NCBI GenBank assembly: GCA_963766755.1
Contig: CAVYBI010000007.1
Coordinates: 386,992 to 450,991, forward strand
Length of the DNA: 64,000 bases
Direction of reading: 5' to 3'
Source of the DNA: an uncultured Solirubrobacterales bacterium
Lineage (GTDB): Bacteria > Actinomycetota > Thermoleophilia > Solirubrobacterales > 70-9
Under the pieces are notes generated by a model. The model was given only the letters and a program-made list of their open reading frames with translations, had not been told where the DNA came from and made no database searches. Each line of letters opens with the position of its first letter. The first letter of the stretch is position 1. This document shows positions 41,046 through 50,250 of the stretch, in pieces. Position numbers and translations under genes: made by a program.

Positions 41046-41825
41046 ATGGAGTGGCGCCAGCAGAATGGGGTGCGGTGGCTGCAGGCCGAGCTCGGCGGCG
41101 CCCGAGCCGCCTTCGCGACCCGCACCGGCGGCGTCAGCGCCACGCCCTTCGACAGCCTCAACCTCGGGATTCTCACCGACGACAGGCACGAGGCCGTGGT
41201 CGAGAACCGCCGGCGCCTCGCCGCGGCACTGGGCTTCGAGCCGGAGCGGATCGCCCACGGCCGTCAGGTCCACGGTGCCGAGCTGGCGGCGCACACGCAC
41301 CCCGACCCGCCGTTCCGTGGTTCCTTTGGGACGGCTGGCGTCACAAATGAACCACGGGAGGAGCCGGGGGTCCCCGAGGCCGACGGGTATGTCGTCGGCT
41401 CACCCGGCCTGGCAGCGCTGGTCTTCACGGCCGACTGCCTTCCCGTCGCCCTCGCCGGGCCTGGCGGCGTCGCCATGCTGCACTGCGGCTGGCGCGGCCT
41501 CGCGGCCGGCATCGTCGCCCGGGGCGCCGAGGCGATCGGCGCCACCGAAGCGGCGATCGGCCCCGGCATCGGCCCCTGCTGCTACGAGGTCGGCCCCGAG
41601 GTGATCGAAGCCTTCTCGCCGGTCCTCGAGGCCGTATCGGCCCGCCGGCGGTTGGATCTGGCCGAGGTGGCGCGGCGGCTGCTGCACCGGGCTGGGGTGG
41701 AGCGGGTTCAGAGCGCCGATCTCTGCACCAGCTGCGAGCCGGAGCTGTTCTTCTCCCATCGGCGCGACGGCGGCCGCACCGGCCGCCAGGGAGGGCTCGT
41801 CTGGATCGAGCCGGAGGGTGCCTGA
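41046..41825 (+). CDS. pgeF: YfiH/PgeF family (DUF152) purine-nucleoside phosphorylase / peptidoglycan editing factor
   Basis: ..FTADCLPVAL.., ..MLHCGWRGLAAGI.., ..GPGIGPCCYEVG.., ..FFSHRRDGGRTGRQ... Confidence 0.85.
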   Translation: MEWRQQNGVRWLQAELGGARAAFATRTGGVSATPFDSLNLGILTDDRHEAVVENRRRLAAALGFEPERIAHGRQVHGAELAAHTHPDPPFRGSFGTAGVTNEPREEPGVPEADGYVVGSPGLAALVFTADCLPVALAGPGGVAMLHCGWRGLAAGIVARGAEAIGATEAAIGPGIGPCCYEVGPEVIEAFSPVLEAVSARRRLDLAEVARRLLHRAGVERVQSADLCTSCEPELFFSHRRDGGRTGRQGGLVWIEPEGA

Positions 41826-42458
41826 GTGGCCGGCCTGATCCACGGCGTCGAAGCGGCCAAGGTGCGGGCGAACCTGGAGCGTGTGCGCGAGGTCGCGGGG
41901 ACGGAGGTCGAGATCCTGGTCGCGGCCAAGTACGTGCCGATCGAGGAGATGGGCGCTCTCGCCGAGGCCGGGGTGGAGCTGGTGGGGGAGAACCGCCAGC
42001 AGGACCTCGCCGCCAAGCACGAGCGCTGGGGTGACGCTTTCGCCTGGGACTTCATCGGCAACCTGCAGAGCCGCAAGGTCAAGCAGGTGCTGCCGCTCTG
42101 CCGCCTCGTCCACTCGGTCGCCAGCGACTCGGTGCTGCGCGAGCTCGGCAAGCACGGCAGCTCCGAGACCGAGGTCCTGATCGAGGTCAACGTCGCCGGC
42201 GAGGAGGGCAAGGGCGGCGTCGCGCCGGAGGATCTGCCCGCTTTCGTCGAGCGCTGCCCGGTCAAGGTCGGCGGCCTGATGGCGATGCCCCCCTTCAGCC
42301 AGGACCCGGAGGATTCGCGACCCCACTTCGCCCGGCTCGCCGAGCTGGCCGCGGCCAGCGGATTGGGGCGCCTCTCGATGGGAACCTCCCAGGATTGGGC
42401 GGTTGCGGTCGAGGAGGGGGCGACGATCATCCGGCTGGGGACGGCGCTGTTCGTGTGA
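41826..42458 (+). CDS. yggS: YggS/YlmE-family PLP-binding protein
   Basis: ..ILVAAKYV.., ..VGENRQQDL.., WDFIGNLQSRKV.., ..LSMGTSQDW... GTG start directly after the pgeF stop. Confidence 0.88.
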   Translation: MAGLIHGVEAAKVRANLERVREVAGTEVEILVAAKYVPIEEMGALAEAGVELVGENRQQDLAAKHERWGDAFAWDFIGNLQSRKVKQVLPLCRLVHSVASDSVLRELGKHGSSETEVLIEVNVAGEEGKGGVAPEDLPAFVERCPVKVGGLMAMPPFSQDPEDSRPHFARLAELAAASGLGRLSMGTSQDWAVAVEEGATIIRLGTALFV

Positions 42459-42522
42459 ATCGGCGCTAACCTGACGAAATCCGTAAAGGAGTCGGCCCGC
42501 CTAGGCCGAAACACCGATACCG

Positions 42523-43083
42523 ATGGCCCTTCGCGACACCTGGCATAGAGCGCTCGTCTACTTCGGCCTGGCCGAGGATCACGACTACGGTCCCGAGTAC
42601 GAGGACGACTTCGAGCCCGAGACCGGCTCCGAGGAAGTCTTCGAGGGCCGCCGCGACCGCGAGCAGAGCTCGGTCCGGCGCCTGCCGACCTCGCGCCGCG
42701 CCCGCCGCGACGAGATCGACGACATCTTCGCCGACGACGAGCCGATCGCCGCCAGCCGGACCCGCACCCTGCGCCCGGTCGACAACGGCGGCTCCGGCGG
42801 CTCCGACATCCAGGTCCACCTGGTCATCCCCCGCAACTTCAACGACGCCCAGCAGGTCGCCGACCAGTTCAAACGGCAGGTGCCGGTGATCCTCAACCTG
42901 CAGACCGCCGACCACGAGCTCTCGAAGCGGATGATCGACTTCTGCTCCGGCCTCACCTACGCGATGGACGGCGGCATGCAGCGGATCGCCGAGAAGATGT
43001 TCCTGCTGACGCCGCGCAACGTCGAGGTCTCCGCCGAGGAAAAGGCGAGGCTGATCGACAAGGGCTTCTTCAACCAGTCCTAG
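42523..43083 (+). CDS. sepF: cell division protein SepF
   Basis: N-terminal MALRDTWHRALVYFGL, a disordered acidic/basic linker, and C-terminal SepF domain ..HLVIPRNFNDAQQVADQFKRQVPVILNL..MIDFCSGLTYAMDG... Confidence 0.9.
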   Translation: MALRDTWHRALVYFGLAEDHDYGPEYEDDFEPETGSEEVFEGRRDREQSSVRRLPTSRRARRDEIDDIFADDEPIAASRTRTLRPVDNGGSGGSDIQVHLVIPRNFNDAQQVADQFKRQVPVILNLQTADHELSKRMIDFCSGLTYAMDGGMQRIAEKMFLLTPRNVEVSAEEKARLIDKGFFNQS

Positions 43084-43096
43084 GCGCCGGTCGGGC

Positions 43097-43255
43097 ACTA
43101 GTGGTGTGACCACCAACGTTTGCCGGTTTCTGGCGGCCTCCGTGCGGCGTCCTCAGTCGCCCGAGTAGCGCTGCTACTCGGGCTCCCTGCGTCCTTGCCC
43201 GACGACCACCGAGTCTCGCCAGACTCCCGGCAACGTTGCCGGTCACACCACTAGT
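43097..43255. mobile_element. 159-bp MITE-like element or long imperfect palindrome between sepF and proC
   Basis: Perfect 15-bp terminal inverted repeats ACTAGTGGTGTGACC (43097-43111) / GGTCACACCACTAGT (43241-43255). Further arm pairing CAACGTT(T)GCCGG and TCTGGCG/CGCCAGA. Central palindrome GCCCGAGTAGC-GC-TGCTACTCGGGC. No ORF. Confidence 0.6.
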
Positions 43256-43264
43256 CTCCCGCCG

Positions 43265-44002
43265 ATGATCGTCGGATTCGTCGGTTCGGGAAGCATGGCC
43301 GCCGCGATGGCGCGAGGCTGGGCGGGGGAGTTCGAGGGGATGCTGTTCTCCGACTCCGGGTCCGGCCGTGCCGCGGAGCTGGCCGGCGAGCTCGGAGGGG
43401 AGGCGGTCTCCAACGCCGAGATCGGCGCCAGGGCGGATCTCGTGGTGCTGGCGGTGAAGCCGGCGATGCTGGCCGAGGTGGCGCCGGAGCTTGCCGAGGC
43501 GAAGGTGGTCGTCTCCCTGCTCGGGGCGACTTCGCTGGCGGCGATCGCCGCCGCCTTTCCGCGCTCGGAGGCCCACCGGGTGATGCCGAACGTCGCGGTC
43601 GAGGTCGGCCGTGGCGTCCTCTGCGTATCCGGCCCGCCGTCGCCGGTCGTGCGGGAGAAGCTGGAGCTGCTCGGGCAGGTCGTCGAGCTGCCGGACGAGG
43701 ACTTCGACGCGGCCACCGCGGTGATGGGCTGCGCGCCCGCGTATCTGGCCCTGGCGGTGGAGGCGATCGCCGAGGCCGGGGCGGAGGACGGGCTCGACCG
43801 GGACCTGGCCCGGAGGCTGGTGGTGGAGACGGCTGCCGGCACGGCGGAGCTGCTGCGGGCCCAATCGCCGGCGGCGGTGCGCAAGGCCGTCGCCTCGCCG
43901 GGCGGCAGCACCGAGGCCGGTCTCGAGGCGCTGGAGGCCGAGGGCGCCCCGGCGGCGTTCAAGGCCGCGGTACGGGCCTCGCTGGAGAGGATGCGGCGGT
44001 GA
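43265..44002 (+). CDS. proC: pyrroline-5-carboxylate reductase
   Basis: MIVGFVGSGSMAAAMARG.., ..VLAVKP.., ..ASPGGSTEAGLEAL... Confidence 0.9.
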   Translation: MIVGFVGSGSMAAAMARGWAGEFEGMLFSDSGSGRAAELAGELGGEAVSNAEIGARADLVVLAVKPAMLAEVAPELAEAKVVVSLLGATSLAAIAAAFPRSEAHRVMPNVAVEVGRGVLCVSGPPSPVVREKLELLGQVVELPDEDFDAATAVMGCAPAYLALAVEAIAEAGAEDGLDRDLARRLVVETAAGTAELLRAQSPAAVRKAVASPGGSTEAGLEALEAEGAPAAFKAAVRASLERMRR

Positions 44003-44301
44003 TCGCGCTGGCGCTCAGCCGCGGTGACGTCGCCGACTACGTCGACGCCCTCTTCGTCGTCTACATCGTCCTCATCTTCGCCAACATCCTCATCTCCTAC
44101 GTGCCGCGGATGCCCTACAACCCGCTGCTGCGGAGGGTGCTCGACTTCATCACCGAGACCACCAATCCCTACCTCAACCTCTTTCGCCGTTTCCTGCCGC
44201 CGATCGGCGGTGGCGGCTTCGCCCTCGATCTCAGCCCGATCATCGGGATCATCGTGCTCTTCGTGGCACAGGGGATCATCGTCAACCTGATCGCCGGGTG
44301 A
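43999..44301 (+). CDS. yggT: YggT-family membrane protein
   Basis: 100 aa, two hydrophobic helices, ..NPYLNLFRRFLPPIGG..DLSPII... GTGA overlap with proC. Confidence 0.85.
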   Translation: MIALALSRGDVADYVDALFVVYIVLIFANILISYVPRMPYNPLLRRVLDFITETTNPYLNLFRRFLPPIGGGGFALDLSPIIGIIVLFVAQGIIVNLIAG

Positions 44302-44768
44302 GCGCGAACGCCCGCGCCTGGTGCCTGGCCGGCGTCCTCTGCGCACTCGTCCTCGCCGCCGACCAGGCCGCCAAGGCGGCGATCGAGGCGCAGCTGGTGC
44401 CGGGCGAGGACGTCGACGTCCTGGGGCCGCTGGGGCTCACCCTCCGTCACAACCGTGGCGTTGCCTTCGGCCTGGCCGGCGGAGCGGGGGCGCCGCTGAT
44501 CCTGATCACCCTGGTGGCGCTGGGGGTGGTCGTCTACCTCTTCGCCCGCAATCCCGCTCGTCCGGGGATGTGGGTGGCGACCGGGCTGCTGGCCGGAGGG
44601 GCGCTCGGCAACCTCCTCGACCGCGTCCGCGCCGGCGCCGTCACCGATTTCGTCGTCCTGCCGTCATGGCCGCCGTTCAACCTCGCCGACATGGCGATCA
44701 CCGCGGGTGTGCTGCTGCTGGTCTTCTTCTACCTCCGCGACGCCGAGCGGGAGCCCGAGGGTGGCTGA
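44298..44768 (+). CDS. lspA: lipoprotein signal peptidase (signal peptidase II)
   Basis: ..HNRGVAFGL.., ..GGALGNLLDRV..VTDF.., ..FNLADM... GTGA overlap with yggT. Confidence 0.9.
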   Translation: MSANARAWCLAGVLCALVLAADQAAKAAIEAQLVPGEDVDVLGPLGLTLRHNRGVAFGLAGGAGAPLILITLVALGVVVYLFARNPARPGMWVATGLLAGGALGNLLDRVRAGAVTDFVVLPSWPPFNLADMAITAGVLLLVFFYLRDAEREPEGG

Positions 44769-45447
44769 GCCGGGGCTGCGGGTCGTTCACCTCGACGAGG
44801 CGCTGGCCGTCGTCGACAAGCCGGCTGGGCTGGTGGTTCACCCGGCGCCCTCGCACAGCGGCACGACCCTGGTCGACGAGCTCGGGGACATCCTCGGCGG
44901 CGGCGAGGACCCCGAGCGCCCGGGCATCGTCCACCGCCTCGACAAGGGCACCAGCGGCCTGCTCGTCGTCGCCCGTGGCGACGAGGCCCACGCCGCGCTG
45001 CAGGCCCAGGTCCAGCGCCGCGAGGTCGAGCGGATCTATCTGGCGCTGGCGGGCGGCAAGCTCGGGTCCCGCACCGGCACGATCGACGCCCCGATCGGAC
45101 GCGCCGCGCGCCAGCGCCACCGGATGGCCGTCTCCGGTGCCGCCTCGCGCCAGGCGCGCACCCATTTCACGGTGCTGGAGCTGCTGAGCCTGGAGAGCTA
45201 CCTGGAGGCGCGTCTGGAGACCGGCCGCACCCACCAGATCAGGGCCCACTTCGCCGCCATCGGCCATCCCCTGACCGGCGACGTCACTTATGGGGGCGCC
45301 CGTCGCTACGGGCTCGGGCGCCAGTTCCTCCATGCCCACCGCCTCGCCTTCGACCACCCGCTCAGCGGCGAGCGGCTCAGCTTCGAGTCCGCGCTCCCGG
45401 ACGACCTTGCAGCCGCTCTGGAGGCCGCGCGCTCCGCCCAGCGCTAG
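44761..45447 (+). CDS. rluD: RluA-family pseudouridine synthase (no N-terminal S4 domain)
   Basis: GTG 44761. ..VVDKPAGLVVHP.., HRLDKGTSGLLVVA, ..TGRTHQIRAH.., ..QFLHAHRLAF.HP... Confidence 0.88.
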   Translation: MAEPGLRVVHLDEALAVVDKPAGLVVHPAPSHSGTTLVDELGDILGGGEDPERPGIVHRLDKGTSGLLVVARGDEAHAALQAQVQRREVERIYLALAGGKLGSRTGTIDAPIGRAARQRHRMAVSGAASRQARTHFTVLELLSLESYLEARLETGRTHQIRAHFAAIGHPLTGDVTYGGARRYGLGRQFLHAHRLAFDHPLSGERLSFESALPDDLAAALEAARSAQR

Positions 45448-45568
45448 CCCTCTACAATCAACCGTCCTAAACCAACCCCCGTTCGGCAGCGAACCGGATC
45501 CTGCCTGGCCCAGCGCCAGGTCCGGCAAGCGGGACGGGAGAGCTTCACCAACAGACCAAGGAGATTCA

Positions 45569-46675
45569 ATGCCAGAGGCAGGCCTTACCGAGCTGCTCCA
45601 GGCCGGAGTGCACTTCGGCCATCAGACGCGCCGCTGGAACCCGAACATGCGCCGCTTCATCTTCGGCGAGCTGGACGGGATCCACATCATCGACCTGCTG
45701 CAGACCGAGGCGCTGCTGGAGAACGCCCGCCGCTTCGCCGGCGAGCTCGCCAGCGGCGGCGGCACGGTGCTCTTCGTCGGCACCAAGAAGCAGGCCCGCG
45801 ACACGGTCCAGGAATGGGCCGACCGCTGCAAGATGCCCTACGTCAACAAGCGCTGGCTGGGCGGGCTGCTGACCAATTTCAACACGATGTCGACCCGGAT
45901 CGCGCGCCTGCACGAGCTCAACGGCTGGAAAGAGGACGGCAAACTCGCCCTGCTGCCGACCAAGGAGCGGATGGGCATGGAGGCCGAACTGGCCAAGCTC
46001 GAGTTCAACCTCGGGGGGGTCCGCGACATGGACCGGCTGCCCGACGCGGTCTTCGTCACCGACCTCAAAACCGAGGAGATCGCGGTTCACGAGGCGGCCC
46101 GCCTGCGGATCCCGATCATCGGCCTGGTCGACACCAACTGCGACCCGACCCCGGTCGACTTCGTGATCCCCGGCAACGACGACGCGATCCGCTCCTGCGA
46201 GCTGATCATCGGCACGATCGGCGGCGCCGTCGAGGAGGGCTCCAGCAGCTGGCGCGTCCAGGAGGAGAAGCGGATCGCCGAGGAAATGGCGCGGCGCAAA
46301 AAGGACGAGGAAGAGCGCAAGAAGCGCGAGGAGGAAGAGAAAGTCCGGCTCGAGGCGGAGGCCGCGGCGAAAGCCGCCGCCGAGGCCGAGGCGCAGGCGA
46401 AAGCGACGGCGCAGGCCCAGGCCGCCGCCGCGGCGACCCCGTCGCAGCCGGCCTCCAAGCCCGCGACTCCGGACGCCGCCCCGCCGAAGCAAGCTCCGCA
46501 GCAGGCCGCAAAACCGGCGCCCGCCGCGCCCGAGGCCGAGAAACCGGCGGCTGAGGCAGCCAAAGCCGCCTGCCGAGGTCAAACCGGCCGAGACGGTTTC
46601 CCCGCAAGCCGAGCAGGAGCCGCAGGCCGCCGAGCCGGCGGCTGCCGCAGAGAGAAGGAGGGGGACGAGTCGTGA
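45569..46675 (+). CDS. rpsB: 30S ribosomal protein S2 with a long (about 130 aa) Glu/Ala/Lys/Pro-rich C-terminal extension (its last about 35 codons may be frame-shifted)
   Basis: AAGGAG 6 nt before ATG 45569. ..GVHFGHQTRRWNPNM.., ..VFVTDLKTEEIAVHEA..IPIIGLVDTNCDP... Stop overlaps the tsf start (GTGA). Confidence 0.92.
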   Translation: MPEAGLTELLQAGVHFGHQTRRWNPNMRRFIFGELDGIHIIDLLQTEALLENARRFAGELASGGGTVLFVGTKKQARDTVQEWADRCKMPYVNKRWLGGLLTNFNTMSTRIARLHELNGWKEDGKLALLPTKERMGMEAELAKLEFNLGGVRDMDRLPDAVFVTDLKTEEIAVHEAARLRIPIIGLVDTNCDPTPVDFVIPGNDDAIRSCELIIGTIGGAVEEGSSSWRVQEEKRIAEEMARRKKDEEERKKREEEEKVRLEAEAAAKAAAEAEAQAKATAQAQAAAAATPSQPASKPATPDAAPPKQAPQQAAKPAPAAPEAEKPAAEAAKAACRGQTGRDGFPASRAGAAGRRAGGCRREKEGDES

Positions 46676-47277
46676 GCGTCACCGCAGCCGACGTGAAGGC
46701 ACTCCGGGACCGCACCGGGGCCGCGATGATGGACTGCAAAGCAGCGCTGACCGAGGCCGACGGCGACACCGACCGCGCGATCGAGCTGCTGCGGGTCAAG
46801 GGCCAGGCTTCGGCGGCCAAGCGCGAAGGCCGGGGCACCGACGAGGGCGTCGTCGCCTCCTACATCCACGCCAACGACAAGGTCGGGGCGATGGTCGAGG
46901 TCCAGTGCGAGACCGACTTCGTCGCCCGCAACGAGGACTTCAAGGTCTTCGCCTACCAGGTCGCCCTGCACGTGGCCGCGACCGCTCCCCGCTACGTCTC
47001 CTCCGAGGAGATCCCGGAGCAGGAGCGCGAGGACGAGAAGCGGGTCTTCGAGGAGAAGGCGCGCGAAGAAGGCAAGCCCGACAACGTGGTCGAGAAGATC
47101 GTCGCCGGGCAGCTCTCGAAGTGGGCCAGCGAGGTGGCATTGCTCGATCAGGCCCATGTCAACGCCGAGAAGCACGACTCGAAGACGATCGAGGAGCTGC
47201 GCCAGGAGCTGGCCGCCAAGACCGGCGAGAACGTCCGCATCGCCCGCTTCTCCTATTTCCGCGTCGGCGAGGAATAG
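46672..47277 (+). CDS. tsf: translation elongation factor Ts (short, about 200-aa form)
   Basis: VKALRDRTGAAMMDCKAAL.., ..ASYIHANDKVGAMVEVQCETDFVARNEDF... Confidence 0.92.
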   Translation: MSVTAADVKALRDRTGAAMMDCKAALTEADGDTDRAIELLRVKGQASAAKREGRGTDEGVVASYIHANDKVGAMVEVQCETDFVARNEDFKVFAYQVALHVAATAPRYVSSEEIPEQEREDEKRVFEEKAREEGKPDNVVEKIVAGQLSKWASEVALLDQAHVNAEKHDSKTIEELRQELAAKTGENVRIARFSYFRVGEE

Positions 47278-47289
47278 GGTCAGTCGCAC

Positions 47290-48030
47290 GTGACCTCTTC
47301 TCCCGAGCCGCGCTTCGGGCGCATCCTCCTGAAGCTTTCCGGCGAGGCCCTGATGGGCAGCCTCGATTTCGGCACCGACGGGGCCGAGGTCGACCGCATC
47401 GCCACGCAGGTCTCGGCGCTTCGCGACCGCGGCGTCGAGGTCGCGATCGTGGTCGGCGCCGGCAACATCTACCGCGGCCTCGACGGCGCCGCCAGCGGCA
47501 TGGACCGGGCCACCGGCGACTACATGGGCATGCTGGCGACGGTGCTCAACGCGCTCACCCTGCAGGACGCGCTGGAGCGGCTCGGGCAGCACACCCGGGT
47601 GATGTCGGCGATCGACGTCAAGGAGGTCGCCGAGCCCTACATCCGCCGCCGCGCCATGCGCCACCTCGAGAAGGGCAGGGTGGTGATCTTCGCCGCCGGC
47701 ACCGGCAACCCGTTCTTCACCACCGACACCGCCGCCGCCCTGCGGGCCCTGGAGATCCACGCCGAGGCGATCCTGATGGCCAAGAACGGGGTCGAGGGGG
47801 TCTACGACGCCGACCCGGCCACCAATCCCGAGGCCAAGTTCATCGCCGCGATCACGCATCGCGAAGCGATCGAGCGCGGCCTCAAGGTGATGGACTCGAC
47901 CGCGCTCTCGCTCTGCATGGACAACGACCTGCCGATCTACGTCTTCAACATGGGCGACGAGAAGAACATAGATAGGATCGTCTGCGGCGAGAAGGTGGGC
48001 ACGCTGGTCGCCAGTGCCCCCGCCGAATGA
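47290..48030 (+). CDS. pyrH: UMP kinase
   Basis: ..[11 protein letters not shown].., ..[10 protein letters not shown].., ..MLATVLNAL.., ..[13 protein letters not shown]... Confidence 0.94.
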   Translation: MTSSPEPRFGRILLKLSGEALMGSLDFGTDGAEVDRIATQVSALRDRGVEVAIVVGAGNIYRGLDGAASGMDRATGDYMGMLATVLNALTLQDALERLGQHTRVMSAIDVKEVAEPYIRRRAMRHLEKGRVVIFAAGTGNPFFTTDTAAALRALEIHAEAILMAKNGVEGVYDADPATNPEAKFIAAITHREAIERGLKVMDSTALSLCMDNDLPIYVFNMGDEKNIDRIVCGEKVGTLVASAPAE

Positions 48031-48046
48031 GCGAGGACCGGAACCA

Positions 48047-48610
48047 GTGGAGCTGATCGACGAACTGCTCAAAGACGCCGAAGGGCGCATGACCAAGTCG
48101 GTCGAGTCGAGTCGTGGCGAACTCGCCACCGTTCGCACCGGCCGCGCCTCGCCGCACCTGCTGGACCGCATCGTCGTCGACTACTACGGCACCGCGACCG
48201 CGCTCAAGCAGCTGGCCAACGTCGCCACCACCGATGCCAGGCTCCTGACCGTCACCCCCTTCGACAAGGGCGCCCTGGGCGGGATCGAGAAAGCGATCCA
48301 GGAGGCCGACGTCGGCCTCACCCCGAGCAACGACGGCAACGTGATCCGGCTGCAGATCCCCGAGCTGACCGAGGAGCGCCGGCGGGAGATGGTCAAGGTC
48401 GTCCACGGCGTCGCCGAGGAGGGCCGGATCGCGATCCGCAACGTCCGCCGCGACGTCATGCAGGATCTGCGCGAGCTGAAGAAGGAGGGCGAGGCCGGCG
48501 AGGACGACGAGCGCCGCGCCGAGGCGGCGCTGCAGAAGCAGACGGACGAGGCGATCGCCGAGATCGACTCGCTGCTGAAGGGCAAGGAAGAGGAAATCCT
48601 CGAGGTGTGA
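48047..48610 (+). CDS. frr: ribosome recycling factor
   Basis: GTG 48047 with GAGGA upstream. ..ELATVRTGRASPHLLD.., ..ITVTPFD.., ..IRLQIPELTEERRRE... Confidence 0.92.
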   Translation: MELIDELLKDAEGRMTKSVESSRGELATVRTGRASPHLLDRIVVDYYGTATALKQLANVATTDARLLTVTPFDKGALGGIEKAIQEADVGLTPSNDGNVIRLQIPELTEERRREMVKVVHGVAEEGRIAIRNVRRDVMQDLRELKKEGEAGEDDERRAEAALQKQTDEAIAEIDSLLKGKEEEILEV

Positions 48611-48626
48611 GGCGGTCCACGGCAGC

Positions 48627-49295
48627 GTGACCGCGCCCAGATACGTAGCGATCATCACCGACGGCAACGGCCGCTGGGCGCAGCAGCGCGGCCTGCCCGT
48701 CGCCGAGGGGCACCGGGCCGGGGCCGACGTGGTCAAGGCACGGCTGCGCGACGCGGTCGAGCTCGGCGTCCAGGAGCTGACCGTCTTCTCCTTCTCGACC
48801 GAGAACTGGACCCGGCCGCCGGAAGAGGTGCGGGGACTGATGCGGATGATGGGCGAGCGGATCGCCGCTGAGACGCCGGAACTGGACGCCGAAGGAGTGC
48901 GGATGCGCTTCGTCGGGCGTCGCGAGGGGGTCCCGAAGGGACTGCTCGAGCAGATGGACTGGGCCGAGGAGAAGACCGCCGGCAACGACCGCATCGTCTT
49001 CTACGTCGCCTTCAACTACGGCGGCAGGGCGGAGATCGTCGATGCGGCGCGAAGCTTCGAGGGCGGCTCCGAGGAGGAGTTCCGCAGCCACCTGTACGCA
49101 CCGGAGATGCACGATCCCGACCTCCTGATACGGACCAGCGGCGAGCACCGGGTCTCCAACTACCTGCTCTGGCAGTGCGCCTACTCGGAGCTGGTCTTCC
49201 GCGACGAGCTCTGGCCTGACTTCGACCGCGCCGCCTTCGAGCAGGCCCTGGGCGAGTACGAGACCCGCCAGCGGCGCTTCGGGGCGCGGTCGTGA
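48627..49295 (+). CDS. uppS: undecaprenyl (isoprenyl) diphosphate synthase
   Basis: ..IITDGNGRWA.., ..FSFSTENWTRP.., ..LIRTSGEHRVSNYLLWQ..YSEL.F... Confidence 0.93.
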   Translation: MTAPRYVAIITDGNGRWAQQRGLPVAEGHRAGADVVKARLRDAVELGVQELTVFSFSTENWTRPPEEVRGLMRMMGERIAAETPELDAEGVRMRFVGRREGVPKGLLEQMDWAEEKTAGNDRIVFYVAFNYGGRAEIVDAARSFEGGSEEEFRSHLYAPEMHDPDLLIRTSGEHRVSNYLLWQCAYSELVFRDELWPDFDRAAFEQALGEYETRQRRFGARS

Positions 49296-50181
49296 GGTCC
49301 GACCTCTTCGACGACGAGATGTTCGCGGACGAGCCGGCGCCGCCGCCGAAACCGCCGCGCCCGACCGCGGCGCAAGCGCGGCATGAGGGGCGAGACCGCC
49401 AAGCGGGTGCTGGTGGCCCTGCCCTGGATCGTCTTCGCGATCGCGATCGCGATCGCCGGCGGGATCGTCTTCGCGGCAGCGATGATCGCGGTCGGGGTGG
49501 TCTGCCTGCGCGAGTACATCACGATGACCGAGGACTCGCGACCTCTCGCGATCCCCGCCTACGTCGCCGTCGCCGCGCTGATCGTGGCGGCCCACTTCGG
49601 CACCGCCTTCAACGTGCTGCTGGTCCTCGCCGCCTGCTTCCCGTTGCTGTTCGTCTTCGCGGCCAGGGCCCGCTACCGGGATGGGGTGACGATCTCGATC
49701 GGGGTGACGCTGCTGGGAATCCTCTGGATCGGGATCCCGCTGGTCCACGCGGTGCTGCTGCGGGATCTGCCCGATCACGGTGCCGGCGCTGCTGGTCGAC
49801 GTCCTGGTCGGGACCTTCGTCGCCGATACCGCCGCCTACGCGACCGGTCGCATGTTCGGCAGCCACAAGATCGCCCCCAGCATCAGTCCCAACAAGACGA
49901 TCGAGGGCCTGGTCGGCGGCTTTCTGATCGGGACCATGGGCTTCTGGTTCGCCGGGCTCTACCAGGACTGGCTCTCCGGGGTGGATGCCCTGATCATCGG
50001 CGCCGCGGTAGCCGCGGTCGCCCCGATCGGCGACCTCTTCGAGTCGATGCTGAAGCGCGACCTCGGCACCAAGGACACGGGAACCCTGTTCGGCCCCCAC
50101 GGCGGCATCCTCGACCGCCTCGACGCCGTCTTCTTCACGATCGTCGTCGGCTACTACCTCGCGGTCGCGCTTGTCTACTGA
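49292..50181 (+). pseudogene. cdsA: phosphatidate cytidylyltransferase; two frame breaks (one between 49300 and 49370, one near 49776)
   Basis: GTG 49292 overlaps the uppS stop. TM-rich middle piece is in listed ORF 49383... The signature ..FESMLKRDLGTKDTGTLFGPHGGILDRLD.. is in listed ORF 49780..50181. Confidence 0.85.
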
Positions 50182-50228
50182 CGCGTCTGCATTCAGGCGT
50201 CCTATAGACGCCCGAGAGCAGACGCGTG
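50180..50228. repeat. 49-nt nested palindromic repeat, copy 2
   Basis: GACGCGTCTGC / GCAGACGCGTG outer stem, inner GGCGTC-CTATA-GACGCC. Begins inside the cdsA stop codon. Compare 10659-10707. Confidence 0.8.
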
Positions 50229-50250
50229 TCTCTTACTACCCTCTGAGCTG

